Made by a program: the position numbers and the translations under genes
The notes under the pieces: generated by a model
Seen by the model: only the letters and a program-made list of their open reading frames with translations
Told to the model about the DNA's origin: nothing
Database searches by the model: none
In this document: positions 62,115 through 64,000 of the stretch, piece by piece
Position numbering within the stretch: position 1 is the first letter of the stretch
Layout of the letters: the number at the start of each line of letters is the position of its first letter
NCBI GenBank assembly: GCA_964549625.1
Contig: CAZJVA010000003.1
Span: 12,967 to 76,966 of the forward strand
Direction of reading: 5' to 3'
DNA length: 64,000 nt
DNA from: an uncultured Candidatus Babeliaceae bacterium
GTDB taxonomy: Bacteria; Babelota; Babeliae; Babelales; Babelaceae

Positions 62115-62737
62115 GCTGCGTGGACCTTGTTATAGAAAAATTCTGCTTCGCTTTTGGGTGAAATTTGGTCAGTAATAGAGCCGCCAATAATGATTCCAGT
62201 GGGTTTGAGTTTGATTGCTGCATCAATGGTGTTTCTGTTGATGCCGGTTGAAATATAGATGGGCAATCGGGTGTTGTTTTTGAGAAGTTCCCATTGTTCT
62301 TGGACGGATTCTTGTTGTGAAAATGATAGCAGGTAGTGCACCTGAAGTGCGTCGACACCTAGTTCTGCTGCATCAAGGGCATTTTGGCTTAAGGTTTGGC
62401 TTCCAATAAGATCAAGAAAGCAGGAAACGCCTAGTGAATGGGCGTACAGGACTGCTGAGCGAATTATGTTACGGTGGGTGCTGCAGAGTATAGAAACAGC
62501 TTGGCCACCAGCCTTGTAGATTGTATCAATTATTTCTTTTTCGTGGTCGCTGATTTTGGTTTCGCAGATAAGCTCTTTTTGTGGAAATGCGTTTTTAAAT
62601 GCTAGGACTGCACTCATTCCACGCGAAAATAATAGAACGGGCCCAAGGCGAAACGCGTCGCACCACGGTGCAACTTGTTCGGCGCATTCCAGAGCTTTGT
62701 GCAGTGATGTTTGATTAAATGAGATATGAAGTTTCAT
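62111..62737 (-). CDS. OMP-decarboxylase-suprafamily protein of the 3-hexulose-6-phosphate synthase / KGPDC type (diverged)
   Basis: MKLHISFNQTSLHKALECAEQVAPWCDAFRLGPVLL...AFKNAFPQKELICETKISD aligns to HxlA MELQLALDL...VDIVEIGTP...AFPHLQVLADMKTMD (from memory). IIIGGSI lies near the C-terminus. Several catalytic positions are substituted. Confidence 0.55.
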   Translation of the reverse strand: MKLHISFNQTSLHKALECAEQVAPWCDAFRLGPVLLFSRGMSAVLAFKNAFPQKELICETKISDHEKEIIDTIYKAGGQAVSILCSTHRNIIRSAVLYAHSLGVSCFLDLIGSQTLSQNALDAAELGVDALQVHYLLSFSQQESVQEQWELLKNNTRLPIYISTGINRNTIDAAIKLKPTGIIIGGSITDQISPKSEAEFFYNKVHAA

Positions 62738-62749
62738 AAGGTTCCTTTC

Positions 62750-63493
62750 TTATGGCCGCATAAGGCTGCTGTAACGATCGCCAGATCTTTTAATTTCGGT
62801 TCGTGCTTCAACCGGGGAGAAATATTTTTTGATTTTCAAAAAATTTAACGAACCGTACGATCGGGCAAGTTCTTTGGTTGGGTAAATTATAGGGAGGATG
62901 AGGTGTTCACCGCCAATGGTTTTAGATATACCTTCCGGGATGTAGAGTTCATTTGGTTTTGCATGAAGAATAATTGCATCGACAGGAATTTGAGCACTCT
63001 TTGGTGCTTTAATTTCTTGGGTTTGCCAAAAGTATTTATCAGTTTTTGAATCTTTGATTCTTTTGAATTCGTAAAATGCGGCGTCAAGTTCGGGGCGTCG
63101 GATAAAATAGTTAACGGTGCGCCCGCGGGTAATAATTGGATAGATTTGTTTGGTTACAATAAGCAGGACGGTGTCGCTGTTGCTTTTTCGTGGGAATATG
63201 ATTTGGCTGTTGGCGTTTAGATAGGATGAAAAACCGTAATAGGTGGCATATAAACCGGCAGGAAATGGTTGTATTGCCTGGGTAAGAAGAGCACCGAGTA
63301 TTTTTTCTGCTGCGCTTGCTGCATATGGTGCATGTTCTTTTTTAAATGGTGACGCAATGTGGTTAGCAAGGGTAAGGGTAATAATGTATGGAGAGCTACG
63401 TTGGATTCGAAATTCCTTTTCTTCTTGGCTTTGTATTAGGCGTGCTGGTGCCAAAAACGGCAAAATACATAATATAAAAAAGATGTTTTTCAT
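62750..63493 (-). CDS. Hypothetical secreted protein
   Basis: 247-aa ORF starting MKNIFFILCILPFLAPA, a signal peptide. It ends 12 nt upstream of the HPS-like gene start, so the two are likely co-transcribed. Confidence 0.55.
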   Translation of the reverse strand: MKNIFFILCILPFLAPARLIQSQEEKEFRIQRSSPYIITLTLANHIASPFKKEHAPYAASAAEKILGALLTQAIQPFPAGLYATYYGFSSYLNANSQIIFPRKSNSDTVLLIVTKQIYPIITRGRTVNYFIRRPELDAAFYEFKRIKDSKTDKYFWQTQEIKAPKSAQIPVDAIILHAKPNELYIPEGISKTIGGEHLILPIIYPTKELARSYGSLNFLKIKKYFSPVEARTEIKRSGDRYSSLMRP

Positions 63494-63602
63494 GCTGATC
63501 TCCAGCGCTTTTTCTCTTTTTCAGAACTTGTCTTATCCTGATTTTACTGTAGCATAAGGATGTTCGCAGATTCCAGTGTTTTCTACGTGTATAGGGTAGC
63601 TC

Positions 63603-64000
63603 ATGAATAATGAGTGGGGAGATTTCTCTCGAATTTTTTCTTGTTCTTCAGGACAAGTTGAGCAATTTGAACTTTACTACAAGATCTTGCTGGACTGGAA
63701 TACGCGTATGAATCTTACTGCGTTAACGACGCGTGCGGATGTGCAGGATTATCATTTTGCTGATTCGTTGTATTTGGGAACGGCATTGGAAATTTCTCGC
63801 CATACTGGACTTGTGGATATAGGAACGGGTGCTGGTTTTCCAGGTATTCCCCTGAAAATAATGAATCCCGAGTTGCCGGTTATCTTGATCGAAGTTATCG
63901 AAAAACGGCGTCGTTTTTTGCATGAAATTATCTCGTTGCTTGGGTTGCGTGGCATTGAGGTTGTTCCATTAGATTGGCATTCGTTTGTTTATACGACTGA
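63603..64000 (+). CDS. rsmG: 16S rRNA (guanine527-N7)-methyltransferase RsmG/GidB, 3' end beyond the window
   Basis: The frame is open from ATG 63603 to the window edge. Translation includes QFELYYKILLDWNTRMNLTALT...VDIGTGAGFPGIPLKI...LIEVIEKRRRFL, the SAM-binding GxGxG of GidB. The track omits it because no stop codon lies inside the window. Confidence 0.85.
   Translation, partial: MNNEWGDFSRIFSCSSGQVEQFELYYKILLDWNTRMNLTALTTRADVQDYHFADSLYLGTALEISRHTGLVDIGTGAGFPGIPLKIMNPELPVILIEVIEKRRRFLHEIISLLGLRGIEVVPLDWHSFVYTT

Noticed and set aside
1-64000. Searched by eye for CRISPR repeats, IS/transposase or integrase genes, phage modules, toxin-antitoxin pairs, restriction-modification or other known defence genes, and rRNA
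   Set aside because: None found. The only repeats are the gene-family duplications described above and short promoter-like 12-13-mers. No tRNA-adjacent integrase was seen despite five tRNA genes.

Overview
This 64-kb chromosomal window comes from a compact bacterial genome with standard stop-codon usage and mid/low GC (judged by eye, not computed). I can support about 50 CDS, 5 tRNAs (all with encoded CCA) and an RNase P RNA that the ORF track cannot show. I saw no rRNA, CRISPR array, IS element, integrase or phage genes. Recognisable housekeeping genes are mutS, uvrA, uppS, a class A PBP, murG, tmk, holB, serS, hup, tatD, secD, an ATP-dependent DNA ligase and rsmG (3' truncated by the window edge). 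Between them sit many ORFans with signal-like N-termini and several enzymes of eukaryote-typical families. These are two tandem cPLA2-type phospholipases, a NAPE-PLD-like hydrolase, two tandem CBS-like PLP enzymes, an LRR surface protein and a diverged PARG/macro-like protein. This content suggests a host-dependent (protist-associated, Dependentiae/TM6-like) lifestyle, but that is inference only. The best candidates for something undescribed are listed below. (1) A tandem array of four secreted paralogs with an invariant Cys-x15-17-His motif, plus an embedded secreted GNAT (42.1-46.2 kb). (2) Two co-transcribed paralogs with an identical PPxKKRR[IL] NLS-like motif right after the signal segment (36.3-40.1 kb). 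(3) The tandem cPLA2-like pair (48.6-52.1 kb). (4) A NurA-like nuclease translationally coupled to a Cys-depleted SufU-like protein (40.2-41.7 kb). (5) A UvrA that lacks the insertion domain. The + strand is T>A and G>C regardless of gene orientation, so proteins encoded on the two strands differ visibly in composition and many antisense shadow ORFs appear in the track.
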